A stretch of DNA of 63,415 bases, filler included, from Octopus bimaculoides (GCF_001194135.2; 6 parts of 6 records of this genome joined end to end with filler, not necessarily neighbours in it), one strand, 5' to 3'; positions 25,242 through 39,081 are shown, counted from the whole stretch's first letter. Notes: generated by a model not told the origin, from the sequence alone. Program-made: numbers and translations.

Positions 25242-28219
25242 CATATACATATATATATATGTGATAATATATATATATGTGATAAAATGTAACAGCAAAA
25301 GAATAAGACTTCGATATTAGAGAAAGAGAGGATTATTTATATATGTGCATGTATGCACCACATGCAAATGCACGTTGATAGTCACAAAGTATGCTTACAC
25401 CCGCATGCGTGCGCGCACGCACATACTCACACACACTCACGCGCACGCACACACACAGTCGCAATGCAAAGACCAAGAGAAAAGCACAATTGAGACCGAA
25501 AGCCAATCGTAAGCCTTGATACAATCAAGATGCCATTGAGACAGTGTGTCCCGATAGTTTGTGTGTGGTCTTCATTTTCGAATATGGATATCTACGTATT
25601 CCCTTGCGTAAAGTACATTAGAAACAATGTAGATATAACTGTACCGTTATTTCACAAAATTGAGTGAGTGTCATGAATTTTCGGTAACATAGTTTATGTT
25701 GTGCTGGAACGTTTCAGAACACCTTCACCTTGATCTAACGTTGCATCTCACTGTTTTCTCGCTGTTTGAGAACTGTACACTGAGCCTAATCTTTACTCAA
25801 AATGATGATCCGTATGCTTAGCTATTCTACAAACAGTTGTGAGAGACTCTGTGTAGGTACATTCTCCATCTAAATTAAATGTCTTTTTCATGTGATGTCA
25901 AACGGTTTGCTTTTTTATTTTTACTTTAATCTAGATCTGACAACATGTAGTTTAAAATATACAATGGATAAATAAAGCGAAGAAACTGTAATGTAGGAGA
26001 CAAACAGATATTAACTACTACTTCTTGCTAAGCCTCGTGACCAAAACGAAGGTAGTTTTGCAGAAATTGTTTGAAAGTCGGATGAATAGTCGATGCCACA
26101 GAGANNNNNNNNNNNNNNNNNNNNNNNNNNNNNNNNNNNNNNNNNNNNNNNNNNNNNNNNNNNNNNNNNNNNNNNNNNNNNNNNNNNNNNNNNNNNNNNN
26201 NNNNNNNNNNNNNNNNNNNNNNNNNNNNNNNNNNNNNNNNNNNNNNNNNNNNNNNNNNNNNNNNNNNNNNNNNNNNNNNNNNNNNNNNNNNNNNNNNNNN
26301 NNNNNNNNNNNNNNNNNNNNNNNNNNNNNNNNNNNNNNNNNNNNNNNNNNNNNNNNNNNNNNNNNNNNNNNNNNNNNNNNNNNNNNNNNNNNNNNNNNNN
26401 NNNNNNNNNNNNNNNNNNNNNNNNNNNNNNNNNNNNNNNNNNNNNNNNNNNNNNNNNNNNNNNNNNNNNNNNNNNNNNNNNNNNNNNNNNNNNNNNNNNN
26501 NNNNNNNNNNNNNNNNNNNNNNNNNNNNNNNNNNNNNNNNNNNNNNNNNNNNNNNNNNNNNNNNNNNNNNNNNNNNNNNNNNNNNNNNNNNNNNNNNNNN
26601 NNNNNNNNNNNNNNNNNNNNNNNNNNNNNNNNNNNNNNNNNNNNNNNNNNNNNNNNNNNNNNNNNNNNNNNNNNNNNNNNNNNNNNNNNNNNNNNNNNNN
26701 NNNNNNNNNNNNNNNNNNNNNNNNNNNNNNNNNNNNNNNNNNNNNNNNNNNNNNNNNNNNNNNNNNNNNNNNNNNNNNNNNNNNNNNNNNNNNNNNNNNN
26801 NNNNNNNNNNNNNNNNNNNNNNNNNNNNNNNNNNNNNNNNNNNNNNNNNNNNNNNNNNNNNNNNNNNNNNNNNNNNNNNNNNNNNNNNNNNNNNNNNNNN
26901 NNNNNNNNNNNNNNNNNNNNNNNNNNNNNNNNNNNNNNNNNNNNNATATATATATATATATATATACACATACACACACACATCGTATATTCAGCTAGTA
27001 AGATAGAAGGATGCGCATATTCAAACGCTTGTGCCAAGCGCTGCTGCTTTCCACTCTAATCATATATTTATATATCATATTGCTCCAATTTCAGTTTCAG
27101 AATTAAGTATTTGCATCACTGTGTGAATGCAGCCGCATGAAAATGTTTCTCTGTTTTTTTTTTTTTTTTGTACACGTCCTAACGAATTCTAATATATCAG
27201 ATAATATCTAATTACACGTAAGCTTCCCGAATGAAGATGTAGAGAATGTCCACCAAATAATAAGTATTATACAATAAAACGAGAAGGACCAGACGAAGAA
27301 CGCAGAATAAAATATTCTATTAAGGTAAAAATCTAAATTAAAGCTAATATATAGTTTAATTCTTTTTTTTTTTTTTTTTCAAAATACAAATAGATAGCGG
27401 CCATAATTTTCAATTTATACTTTCTCGGAAACTTGGCAACAGTCACTTATTCATTAACGAATATAGTTCTTGACAAACCATTTTAGTTCTCATGAGTTTT
27501 AACGGCACGCACGATACACAATATATTCGTATGGTATTGTCGTGTTTCCGAAGTGCAAGATAAAAGAAGGAACAAGTAAATAAACATTTGTATTAAAAAA
27601 AAAAAAAANNNNNNNNNNNNNNNNNNNNNNNNNNNNNNNNNNNNNNNNNNNNNNNNNNNNNNNNNNNNNNNNNNNNNNNNNNNNNNNNNNNNNNNNNNNN
27701 NNNNNNNNNNNNNNNNNNNNNNNNNNNNNNNNNNNNNNNNNNNNNNNNNNNNNNNNNNNNNNNNNNNNNNNNNNNNNNNNNNNNNNNNNNNNNNNNNNNN
27801 NNNNNNNNNNNNNNNNNNNNNNNNNNNNNNNNNNNNNNNNNNNNNNNNNNNNNNNNNNNNNNNNNNNNNNNNNNNNNNNNNNNNNNNNNNNNNNNNNNNN
27901 NNNNNNNNNNNNNNNNNNNNNNNNNNNNNNNNNNNNNNNNNNNNNNNNNNNNNNNNNNNNNNNNNNNNNNNNNNNNNNNNNNNNNNNNNNNNNNNNNNNN
28001 NNNNNNNNNNNNNNNNNNNNNNNNNNNNNNNNNNNNNNNNNNNNNNNNNNNNNNNNNNNNNNNNNNNNNNNNNNNNNNNNNNNNNNNNNNNNNNNNNNNN
28101 NNNNNNNNNNNNNNNNNNNNNNNNNNNNNNNNNNNNNNNNNNNNNNNNNNNNNNNNNNNNNNNNNNNNNNNNNNNNNNNNNNNNNNNNNNNNNNNNNNNN
28201 NNNNNNNNNNNNNNNNNNN

Positions 28220-28262
<43 letters not shown>

Positions 28263-28823
28263 TTGTGTATACACACACATATCTATATTATGTTGTGTAT
28301 GGGAAATAATATACAAATACGTATATATTACATACACATGTGTATCTCCATAATGGAAAAGCTTTTGGGCGAAAGTTGAATATAGAAGGTAGAGTTGTGT
28401 TTATGATTCTGTGTGTCTATGTATCTGTATGTATATGTTCGAGTGTGTACGTGAGAAGGAGACAGTGTGTGTGTGTGTGTGTGTGTGCGTGTGTGAGTGA
28501 GTGTATGTGTGATGGTAGTTAACAATGGAGGGTCGTTGCAATGATCCGTAATTGTTGCTTGTAACAAAAAAAAAAAAAAAATCCCAATTTTTGTATTCGT
28601 TGATCACGGAAGACTCAGGGGAATTACATTATGGCCGCTATTACAAAGATTTTTCTTTTTCTTCTTGTTCCTGAAAAAAACAAATAGATAACAAAGAAAA
28701 TTGAAATAAAAAAATGAGAAAAATAAAGGCTATCACCCACGAACTATACGATCTTGTTCAAACTAAACAGCATCGAAAACATTGAATTTCGGGCTTGTAA
28801 TTCTCTGCTCCCTTTTACTGACA

Positions 28824-28882
<59 letters not shown>

Positions 28883-29140
28883 CAGGATAATGACGACAAC
28901 GACGAGAAGATGGAGGAAGCACGGCCAGAAGACTATGCGTAGGAAGATGTTATGTTTCTCTCTTTCAATGCATTTGTTGTCGTACATATTCACAACAAAA
29001 CATACAAATATCGCCGCCAACAACCTCTACAATCACGTATACAACGACGATCATGACCACCACCACCACAATACTGATCACCTCCACGACCATGACGAGA
29101 TGGTGGTAGTAGCAATGATGATGATGATGATGATGATGTT
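28824..29140. repeat. (GAT)n / (CAC/GAC)n low-complexity tract
   Basis: Direct reading. Confidence 0.9.
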
Positions 29141-29696
29141 TGCTGTTGTTATTGCCAGTGCGTTGAGTTGTTGTTTAAACCTAGTTCATCCTAAATTAAT
29201 CATAGTATAATCAAAGACATTCCAACAATAACCAAAACATTTTTTATTCATGTAATGTGTATCCAGGACTGCATTGTCCAATGTATGTTTTCTTTTTTCT
29301 TTAAGATAAAACCTACCTCTTCAGCGGCCTCTTCAATAATCTGAATCATGTACTGAGATGACTTCTTATTGGAAAGACAACAGTAATCCCTAAAAAGAAA
29401 CTGACATATGACTATTAGTTATCTTCTGATAATCTATAAACTGATTCCAAAAGTTTAATCCAGCAATTTGACTGAACGGGGCAGCACTCATTCAGTTTTC
29501 ACGTAGTTTTACTCTCAACAGTTTTTAGAGACTTTATATGTAGCAGGCCTGTTTTGTCTAGCTGCTGTTTAATCTCTCCATGGCCTAATGTGTCGTACTT
29601 CTTATGTGCAAGCTTGCTTCGTATTATAAAATTTTATTCTTTATTCTCCTGTGAAGTGTATTTCAATTTATCTGGTAAATTCCATGAGAATATTGA

Positions 29697-29910
29697 TTTC
29701 AAATCTTTGGCACAAGTCCAGCAAGTTCGGGCAAGCGGTTAAGACGATTAAACCAACGCCAGTGGTCGATTAGTACTTATTTTATCGACCCTGAGAGGAC
29801 GAAAACTGCAGTAGACCTCGGTGTAATTTGAACTCGGGAAGTAAAAGCACAAAATTCCAATAAATATTTTACCCGATGGGGGTAACTAACGATTCTGCCA
29901 GCTCGACGCC
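29697..29910 (-). mobile_element. SINE family A
   Basis: Reverse-complement match to family A. Confidence 0.8.
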
Positions 29911-30578
29911 TATTCCTCGATAATATTGACGAGACTTTAACAATTGTTTGCTAAGGCAGAGTATAATTTTTGTTCATCTGTGGGGAGTGGGGTGATTATA
30001 ATGATAGTTCCTCTCCCTATGTTGCACGCTACTTTGTTTTGCTTTTAATTAGTTCTCAAAGGATAACAAACATGATATGAATTAAATACTAACTTGTTTT
30101 ACTATAGGAATATTCTTCTAATTATTCTGGCAAGCCTGTTCCGTAAGAAACATTTGCAATCATTTGAATGTTCTAAATGTCATCAAAGTTTAAATTTCCA
30201 GTACTTTTATGAGCTAGTCATGAAAGACAGAACCACAGGTTTATCTCAGTCAAAACTGATATACTAAACCAATATCTGCGCATCATCATCTCACTAAAAT
30301 GAGAATGAGCAGACAAAGTACACAAAATAAAGTATTCTTTTGAGGTAATACTTCTTAAAGATTTTCTTAAAGATCGTATAGCTAATTACCGTTCTACTGT
30401 AATTAAATGCTTCTTTTTCTGAATGACGCCTCATTTCCTTGAGTAATTCTTCAAAGAGCAATGTGTCAATTGTTGGAATATAAATGATAAAGAGTTGTAA
30501 ACTAAAGTAAAGACCAAAGGTCAACTTGGTCTTTCCTTGGCAGTAATTGTTGTCCTGTCCACATGAAATCCTCTAGAT

Positions 30579-31347
30579 CAGGGTTTCTCAGCCAATTTCT
30601 ATCTACAGACCCTTTCATTACTATTTTATTCTGGTGGGCCCCCATAGTCATTTGTTGCTTAAAAACTAGTTTTATAGAAACTCCTTTCAAAATTCCTATT
30701 TTGTTTTTCACACATAAACTTGTGTAGGTTGAACAATGTAAAATGTCAGAGAAAGAAACCTAGCTGTTTCTTACAATACATACCAATACATAAATCTAAA
30801 GCAGTAGTTCTCAACCATTTTTTTTTATCAATGTACCCCTTTGATTACCATTTTATTCTGGTGGACCCCCATAGCCATTTGATGTTTAAAAACTAGTTTT
30901 ATAGCAACTTCTTTCACAATTCCTATTTTGTTTTTCACACATTAACTTGTTTAGGTTGAACCATGGAAAATGTTAGAGAAAGAAACCCAGCTGTTTCTTG
31001 CAATATATACATCGAAAGTAGGGGTTCTCAACCATTTTTTATCTATGGACCCCTTCGATTACTATTTTATACTGGTGGACCTCCATAGTCATTCGATGTT
31101 TAAAAACTAGTTTTATAGAAACTTCTTTCAAAATCTCTATTTTGTTTTTCACACATTAACTTTTGTAGGTTGAAATATGTAAAATGTTAGAGAAAAAAAC
31201 CCAGCTGTTTCTTGCAATAAACACCAATACAAACATCTAAAGCAATTTTTTCAGGGGCCCTAAAATGCTATTGTGGATCTCCAATTTACTATTTTGTTAC
31301 CCAGACACCCCAAAAAATATTATATGGACCCTGGTTGAGATCCACGG
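30579..31347. mobile_element. hAT-Charlie-type MITE with triplicated 5' unit
   Basis: TIRs CAGGGTTTCTCAGCC / GGTTGAGATCCACGG; flanks CTCTAGAT / ATCTAGAA (NTCTAGAN target type); three ~220-bp units start at 30579, 30802, 31019. Confidence 0.8.
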
Positions 31348-32128
31348 ATCTAGAATATTCGCTTCTGATTATTCGAGAAGTTACTGATAGTTGGCAATAT
31401 CCAGTTGTGCAATGAGTCAATTGATAATCATCAATGATTTTGGATATTTTCCACAGCTACTAACACTCGACAAAGCTCAAGTGAGGTAAGCAATTCAATA
31501 CTGATTCCAATTGAATACTAATACATAGCTCGACATTGTAGACGGCATCTGGAGAAGTGGCATTCGATTGCCAGGCACTGAATCGCTGCTATAACTCTCT
31601 TTTCTTTGAAACTGACTGATTTTGTACCATAAACATTCAGGTACTCCCGATTTGCACGTTTCTCAGCTTCTCGTCGTCTTAGTTGTGTCCAGCCCCTGCT
31701 ATGTGCTAACTACTACGCCAGTCCTATTTTTTTCCCTAGAAAATTGTGCTTCCGGAATTTCAGTTACACCTTGAAGGGTTTGAAATTGTCATAGGTGTTA
31801 GGAACTTTCCCCAGACTCAGAAAGCGTAAAATTCAAAAACAAAAAAGAAAAAAAAACAGAATCGTGCGAAGCTACTAGAAGCAACTCTTAAATCATATAC
31901 TGTAACTTTTGAAGAGGTCACTTTCCAATATCTATTGTTGCCATTTAGTTCTGTTGCTAGTCACCAGTTTTTATAGTCAAATTGTTTTATTTTTTGTTTT
32001 CAACAGTTAGTTCAAAATTAGTTCAAAAATTTTATGTAAAATAGGAAAGTCTCTATTTCTCTCGTTACTGCACATTATTGCATAAAGGTTTTGGAAGATG
32101 TCTTCATAAACATATTTTCGAATGAAAG

Positions 32129-32150
32129 ATTATTATTATTATTATTATTA

Positions 32151-32224
<74 letters not shown>
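32129..32224. repeat. (TTA)n microsatellite at the Dong 3' end
   Basis: Direct reading. Confidence 0.95.
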
Positions 32225-32952
32225 GAATGAGAGAGCAGTGCATGCTATCAAAGTGACACTGGGGTAAAATATACAAAGTCCAATATACCCATCATAACTA
32301 CGCGTCTGGTTAGGGTACATGCATCACAACCATATGTGCGCGACAATACCTGCTGTCATACCTATGACAACAGGTATTGTTTTAGTCTTGAGGTTCCACA
32401 TTCTTCCAATTGCTATTTTAAGATCTTTATACTTGCTTAGTTGTTGGTAGGTTTTGACAGATACATTTATGTCGATTGGAACAGTCATATCAATGAGAAG
32501 GAATGATTTTTGTCTGAAGACTTTCAGTATGATGTCTGGCCTATTCGCATCTCTCTTTCTGTCAGTTTGAATGGTGAAGTTCCAGAGGAGTGAAATATGA
32601 TAATTTTCAAGCACTGGAGATGGTTTGTGTTCCGACCAGTTTTTATCATGGGGCAGGTTCATGTTTTTGAAAATTACCCAGTGAATATATTGTGCTGCTC
32701 TATTATGCTTGTTGAGATACTCTGTAAGCGCAAGAAGACTGCACATGGAGACAACATGATCGATGGTCTCATTTTGTTTTTGACATACACGACATGTTGG
32801 GCTACTGACGTTCTTTAATATGTTGGCCTGGTAGTTCCTTGTATGTAGGTTTTGATCTTGGTCTGTTATGATAAACCCTTCTGTTTCTGATTCTAAACCA
32901 GAAGACACTAACTCTTGATGGGTAAGGGCTTTGTCAACATCGGCACTACTAG

Positions 32953-32996
<44 letters not shown>

Positions 32997-34398
32997 GGAT
33001 ATTTACCATTGAGAGGTTTTTCTTGCTATTTATCAGTAAGAATATCTGAGGCAGCAGTTTTAGCACGGGTTTTCATACGCTTAGCTTTTTCTCTGCTTGT
33101 TTTCAACACTTCTAATTCTAGGATTTGTTGTATTTGGAATTCACTTATACATTCCTTTGCCTGTTTTGTTACTGAGTATGAATGCTTTCCTGTTTTCATG
33201 GTTTGAAACAAGTTTTAACATCCAGTCATCAGTTTTTCAGGTAGGTGTTTAGGCCAATCGTAGCAATCTTCGTTGTTAATTCTCGGCAGATAAAGTCGTT
33301 CTGTATCTGCCTTAGGATGGTGCAATCTATGCCTTGTCAACAATTTTCGTATTTGTCTGTTAATTGACCAGTTAATAATATTGAAACTGTAAGTCACGTC
33401 TAAAGTATTGATTGCTTCGATCCTGTTTCTTGCATTCTGCTCTGTCCTGGGTATTACCCTTACCCTGATCCTTTCTCTCATCACTGAATGTTTAATTCCG
33501 TCCCCTTCTAATACCCCTAAGTATTTGTAGCTCTCTGCTTATTCTAATTCCTTTATGACATTCTGCTGGTGAAGATTAACATTGGATGTTTCTGTAATTC
33601 TTCTTTTGATAAAGGTAGCTTTTGCACATTTATCGAGGCCAAATTGCATCCTGATGTCATCAATGAATTGTTTAACAATCGCTAGTAAGCCCTATAGTTG
33701 TTAGTAATTTTTTTCAAAGAGCTTTAAATCATCCATGTAAATGAGATGGTTTATATTTTTATCAAACATATTATAACCGTATTCTACATCATCGAGCAAT
33801 TCTGAGAGAGGCATTAAGGTTAGACAAAAGAGGAGTGGTGATAAAGAGTCACCCTGGAAAATGCCTCATAAAATTCTTACATCTCCAGCATTTAGAGATT
33901 CATTGTCATTGTTCAACGTCAGTGTGGTTCTCCGTGATCTCATACTTACAGACAAGAAGCTTCGCAGAGTAGGTGTTATCTTATACCTTTCCAAATATTT
34001 CTTAATCCAGCTATGTGGTAGACTATCAAAATCATTTTTATAGTCTATCCAGGCCATTGACAAGTTTCTGTGTCGTTTATGATAATTTTCCAAGATCATC
34101 TTATTGATGAGTAGCTGATCTTTACAACAATAAGACATACATTTACATCCGTTTTGCGCATTAGCAAATATGCCACTTTCTATTAAAAGACTATAGGTAC
34201 ATGCAGACAAGACACATGCTAGTATTGTGTACATTGTTGTTAAGCAGGTCATGGTTCTATAATCTTTTGGTTCATTTGTTTCTTCATTTATTGGAAGTAG
34301 GAATGTTACACCATTAACTAGCCAAGAGGGAATCATACTAGGTTGTTGCAAATCATTGTTGTAAATTTTGTTAGCAATTCATGGCTCTCTGGGAAGGC
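32225..34398 (-). mobile_element. 5'-truncated R4/Dong-clade non-LTR retrotransposon (RT, CCHC knuckle, restriction-like endonuclease), disrupted
   Basis: AWIDYKNDFDSLPHSW, GIFQGDSLSPLLF, HLIYMDDLKL, CRVCQKQNETIDHVVSMC, RPDIIL..LLIDMTVP; frameshifts; (TAA)n on both sides. Confidence 0.92.
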
Positions 34399-34423
34399 AT
34401 TATTATTATTATCATTATTATTA

Positions 34424-34765
34424 GAATCAATTAGGTTTAGTAAGGCTCTAGCTGTAGAACGTAAGAAAACAGAGCGGGATTTAGTTAACAAACTAGACGA
34501 GGCTCTTAGGACAGGCATCGCAACTGACGTGTTAGCAGCGAAGTTGGCCTTCGACCAACACTTTGATGCCAAGCATGAAGGCTGCGTTGTCAGACCTAAG
34601 GCACTTTCGGTAAGCGGGGAGCGGACTAAGGCCGCTCGATGGGCCCGCGTGGTTGAGGCGAAGCGTGGCAACAGAGCGACCATTCGGTCTTTGGTGGACC
34701 AGAACGACTGCGAGATTTCGGAACCGAAGCAGGTGTGTGCGGCCTTTCAGCAGCACTTTGCTCAC
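34424..34765 (+). pseudogene. Tx1/L1-like ORF2 fragment (endonuclease-RT linker)
   Basis: Open frame ..GCVVRPKALSVSGE..IRSLVDQNDCEISEPKQVCAAFQQHF, typical of the L1/Tx1 linker pattern; cut by a gap. Confidence 0.65.
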
Positions 34766-34865
34766 NNNNNNNNNNNNNNNNNNNNNNNNNNNNNNNNNNN
34801 NNNNNNNNNTTAATTAATTAANNNNNNNNNNNNNNNNNNNNNNNNNNNNNNNNNNNNNNNNNNNN

Positions 34866-35176
34866 AAAATACAAAGACCTGGAAATAGAGATAACTCGAA
34901 TGCGGAATCTAAAAACAGAAACAATTCCTATTATAGTAGGTGCCTTAGGTATAATAAAAAAATATTCAGACAAATACATAACAAAAACACCAGGACTTAC
35001 AAATATATATAACATACAGAAGATTGCACTACTGGGTACTGCACACATTCTACGCAAAACACTTTCAATACAGTAAACATAAGAGCACCACAGCAAACCA
35101 CAGCACATACCCAAGGCGCACAGAGCTGTGCTCGGTAGTGAAGTGAAAGCACGTTATAAAAATAAAACTACTGAAC

Positions 35177-35236
<60 letters not shown>
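34866..35236 (+). mobile_element. R4/Dong 3' end (second subfamily) with (AAT)n tail
   Basis: KYKDLEIEITRMRNLKTETIPIIVGALG..LGTAHILRKTLSIQ*, 3'UTR, (AAT)n. Confidence 0.88.
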
Positions 35237-35237
<1 letters not shown>

Positions 35238-35331
35238 GAATGATTTAATATACTTATTTCGATACAAGGCTTCATTCTTTTTGTAAGTATCTGTATAAGT
35301 AGAGAAATATATCGCATGCGTGTGCGTACAC

Positions 35332-35332
<1 letters not shown>

Positions 35333-35386
<54 letters not shown>

Positions 35387-35404
35387 ATCTATCTATATAT
35401 ATAT

Positions 35405-35436
<32 letters not shown>

Positions 35437-35444
35437 ATATATAT

Positions 35445-35508
<64 letters not shown>

Positions 35509-35877
35509 CTATCTATCTGTCTGTCTGTATGTATGTATGTATGTATGTATGTATGTACGTATGTATGTATGTATGTATGTATGTATGTATGTGTATGTAA
35601 ATGTATATTTATATAGACGTCACTAAATGACAAAGGGCACTAATGAGCACCAATATTGCTAGAAATAAGAGTCAAAGCAACTCAATAATCACGAAGAGAC
35701 GTATCTCAGTGACGAACAAAGGAGGGATGCTCCCTACAGCAGCCGACATAGCCAGATTATCGATTCGCATTTTAATGGTTCCGCGCTTTAATTCTCATCG
35801 GTGGTATATTTTATATAATATTTATATAATATTTTATATACGTCTGTATATTTGAGCAAGCATGTATGTGTATGCAC

Positions 35878-35945
<68 letters not shown>
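35333..35945. repeat. (TATC)n, (TATG)n and (TG)n microsatellite cluster
   Basis: Direct reading. Confidence 0.9.
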
Positions 35946-35952
<7 letters not shown>

Positions 35953-36558
35953 AGTGTGTGTGTGTGTGTATGTGTGCGTATTGGAACTGGTGCAATTTTA
36001 GCATTTACAAATATTCAAATCCGCGTATAGTTCGCTATTGCATAATTCCGAAATTTCCAGGTTCTAATTCAGGAATCAAAACAACGTATCACGCAGCCTG
36101 GGCTTGAAATGAACACAACTCTTTAATGTTCTCCTAAAGGGATAAATGACGTGTCAGCTCCATTTAAAAGTAAGTCATCCTACAGAGCATAATCTCCTGC
36201 CGACCTAAAGGACAACAGGTGATACAAATAAGACGGCAGTGTCGAGCCCCCTTATTTATCAAATACTAAGCACTAGGCGACGAAAGATATCATAGGCTTG
36301 TCTGAGCATGGGTATAGCTATCTCAATAAAATCAGTAAACTGGTATATATACTTACACGTACATGTGCACACACTCACACACACACACATATACATACAT
36401 ACATACCGCATACACTAACACCAAATACTGCACACACACACATATGCACAAATACCTAGATGATGTTGATAAAAGTTCCAATGAAGGAGCCTTGAATCTA
36501 TGTTAGAGTCCGGTTCTTTCTCTATTGACAAGAAATACAGAAATGAAACTGATTGATA

Positions 36559-36600
<42 letters not shown>

Positions 36601-36649
36601 GAATAATAAAAATAAATGGAGCAAAACGCATATAAATAAAAGTTCCTTT

Positions 36650-36740
36650 AATTCCTACATATGTTTCAAAATATATGTGTACACTACTCCAAAGAAATAA
36701 GAGCTGCTGGAATTCCACATATATTCATCGTCAGGGAACC
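36650..36740 (-). ncRNA. Type-I hammerhead ribozyme with long stem II
   Basis: Minus: GGUUCC-CUGACGA-UGAAUAUAUGUG(36 nt)CACAUAUAUUUU-GAA-ACAUAUGU-A-GGAAUU; palindromic stem III; GUA triplet. Confidence 0.75.
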
Positions 36741-37178
36741 GACATATGGAAACAAGACAAATACGAAATAATGAGGTAACTTACGAGTTATAATATTACA
36801 TGGCCAAGTAAGTGACCGTTAGAAGTAAGAACGCTTGTTTACATAGAGTTATAACGGGAGCGGGGCTGTAAACGCTATACTAAAGGTTTAAATTAAATGA
36901 TTAAAATGGGGGGCGGGCAAAATGGATCACAGTAAAGTAAGCTGAAGTCGTAAGCTAAATGCTGATTCAAAAGTGGAGGAAGGGAGAGAATCAAGATTGT
37001 TCATCAAATATAAAAAAAACTTTCTCCTTAAGGAAAAAACTAATAACATACTAATATAAAGTGAAGAAAGTAAATATAAAAAATAAATAAAGCATCATAG
37101 CCTAGTAATACATTATATTATTATACGGATATTAACGCAAGTGAATGGTAAAACAAGGTACAGGATATTTAGTTGAGA

Positions 37179-37179
<1 letters not shown>

Positions 37180-37273
<94 letters not shown>
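37180..37273. repeat. (AAT)n microsatellite
   Basis: Direct reading. Confidence 0.95.
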
Positions 37274-37275
<2 letters not shown>

Positions 37276-39081
37276 TATACAGAAATCGTACAAATCCGAC
37301 ATCTGAGATTTCACATCATATTACAAACACAAAATGTATTCTAGTGCTGACTATAGAACCTCAATGTGGTCGCTCCAAATACTAAACCTGATAAAGAAAA
37401 GAATATTCTTTTTTTTTTTTTTTTGGCCTCAATTTGACCATGGTAGAACAGACAATATGTTGTTGTTTGGTCCAAATTTATCCAAATTAAACAAACAAAA
37501 TTGATCAAAGGCGTTCCAACCATAACTATCCGATCTTTTCTTTCAGATATAGAGTATCTAGGACTTCGTTATCTAATATATCATTTCTTCCTTTTAGAAT
37601 GAATTTCTGGTTTTATAGAAAATGTACTCTTGAAAACTGAAAATAGACAGAAGAAAATGGTGAAAACGTTTGCGTATGACTGTTTTTACTACATTTGAGA
37701 TACCATAGATTCAAAGAGATACTTGCGGGTTTCCTTTCTTATGACTCATTCCACACATTGAGATAGATCGCTCTCTATCACTCTCTAAAAAGATAGGGAA
37801 TGTGAGAGGAGTATTAGGTGTTCATTCTTTGAAAAGCCCCAAATTTCTTCCAAGCAAGTAGACATAAGCTCAAAAAAATGCATTCTAGTTGTGACCTTCC
37901 AATTTGTTTTAAGAAAGTAAGGCATGATTTGAGAGAGGTTTGGCTGCTGTTACTAACAATCAAATAGAAACAAATAAGCTTTCTCGTTGGCTTGTAATCC
38001 AATATTTTTTCACATTTAGCCACTGCGTTTGTGACTGTGAGTGAAATGAATTGGGAATAGAGACTTTGAGAAATACTCTTNNNNNNNNNNNNNNNNNNNN
38101 NNNNNNNNNNNNNNNNNNNNNNNNNNNNNNNNNNNNNNNNNNNNNNNNNNNNNNNNNNNNNNNNNNNNNNNNNNNNNNNNNNNNNNNNNNNNNNNNNNNN
38201 NNNNNNNNNNNNNNNNNNNNNNNNNNNNNNNNNNNNNNNNNNNNNNNNNNNNNNNNNNNNNNNNNNNNNNNNNNNNNNNNNNNNNNNNNNNNNNNNNNNN
38301 NNNNNNNNNNNNNNNNNNNNNNNNNNNNNNNNNNNNNNNNNNNNNNNNNNNNNNNNNNNNNNNNNNNNNNNNNNNNNNNNNNNNNNNNNNNNNNNNNNNN
38401 NNNNNNNNNNNNNNNNNNNNNNNNNNNNNNNNNNNNNNNNNNNNNNNNNNNNNNNNNNNNNNNNNNNNNNNNNNNNNNNNNNNNNNNNNNNNNNNNNNNN
38501 NNNNNNNNNNNNNNNNNNNNNNNNNNNNNNNNNNNNNNNNNNNNNNNNNNNNNNNNNNNNNNNNNNNNNNNNNNNNNNNNNNNNNNNNNNNNNNNNNNNN
38601 NNNNNNNNNNNNNNNNNNNNNNNNNNNNNNNNNNNNNNNNNNNNNNNNNNNNNNNNNNNNNNNNNNNNNNNNNNNNNNNNNNNNNNNNNNNNNNNNNNNN
38701 NNNNNNNNNNNNNNNNNNNNNNNNNNNNNNNNNNNNNNNNNNNNNNNNNNNNNNNNNNNNNNNNNNNNNNNNNNNNNNNNNNNNNNNNNNNNNNNNNNNN
38801 NNNNNNNNNNNNNNNNNNNNNNNNNNNNNNNNNNNNNNNNNNNNNNNNNNNNNNNNNNNNNNNNNNNNNNNNNNNNNNNNNNNNNNNNNNNNNNNNNNNN
38901 NNNNNNNNNNNNNNNNNNNNNNNNNNNNNNNNNNNNNNNNNNNNNNNNNNNNNNNNNNNNNNNNNNNNNNNNNNNNNNNNNNNNNNNNNNNNNNNNNNNN
39001 NNNNNNNGTCCGCCACTACATTCCTCCATGGCTAGATTTAATTTGCGTATACAAATTTAATCTGCGGTCCATGGGATGAGC

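Noticed and set aside
28782-29210. 142-aa Met/His-rich ORF
   Set aside because: Derived from (GAT)n/(CAC)n repeats.
30579-31242. Regular ~220-bp repeats as a CRISPR-like or satellite array
   Set aside because: No unique spacers; the units are diverged copies of a MITE 5' end in eukaryotic DNA.
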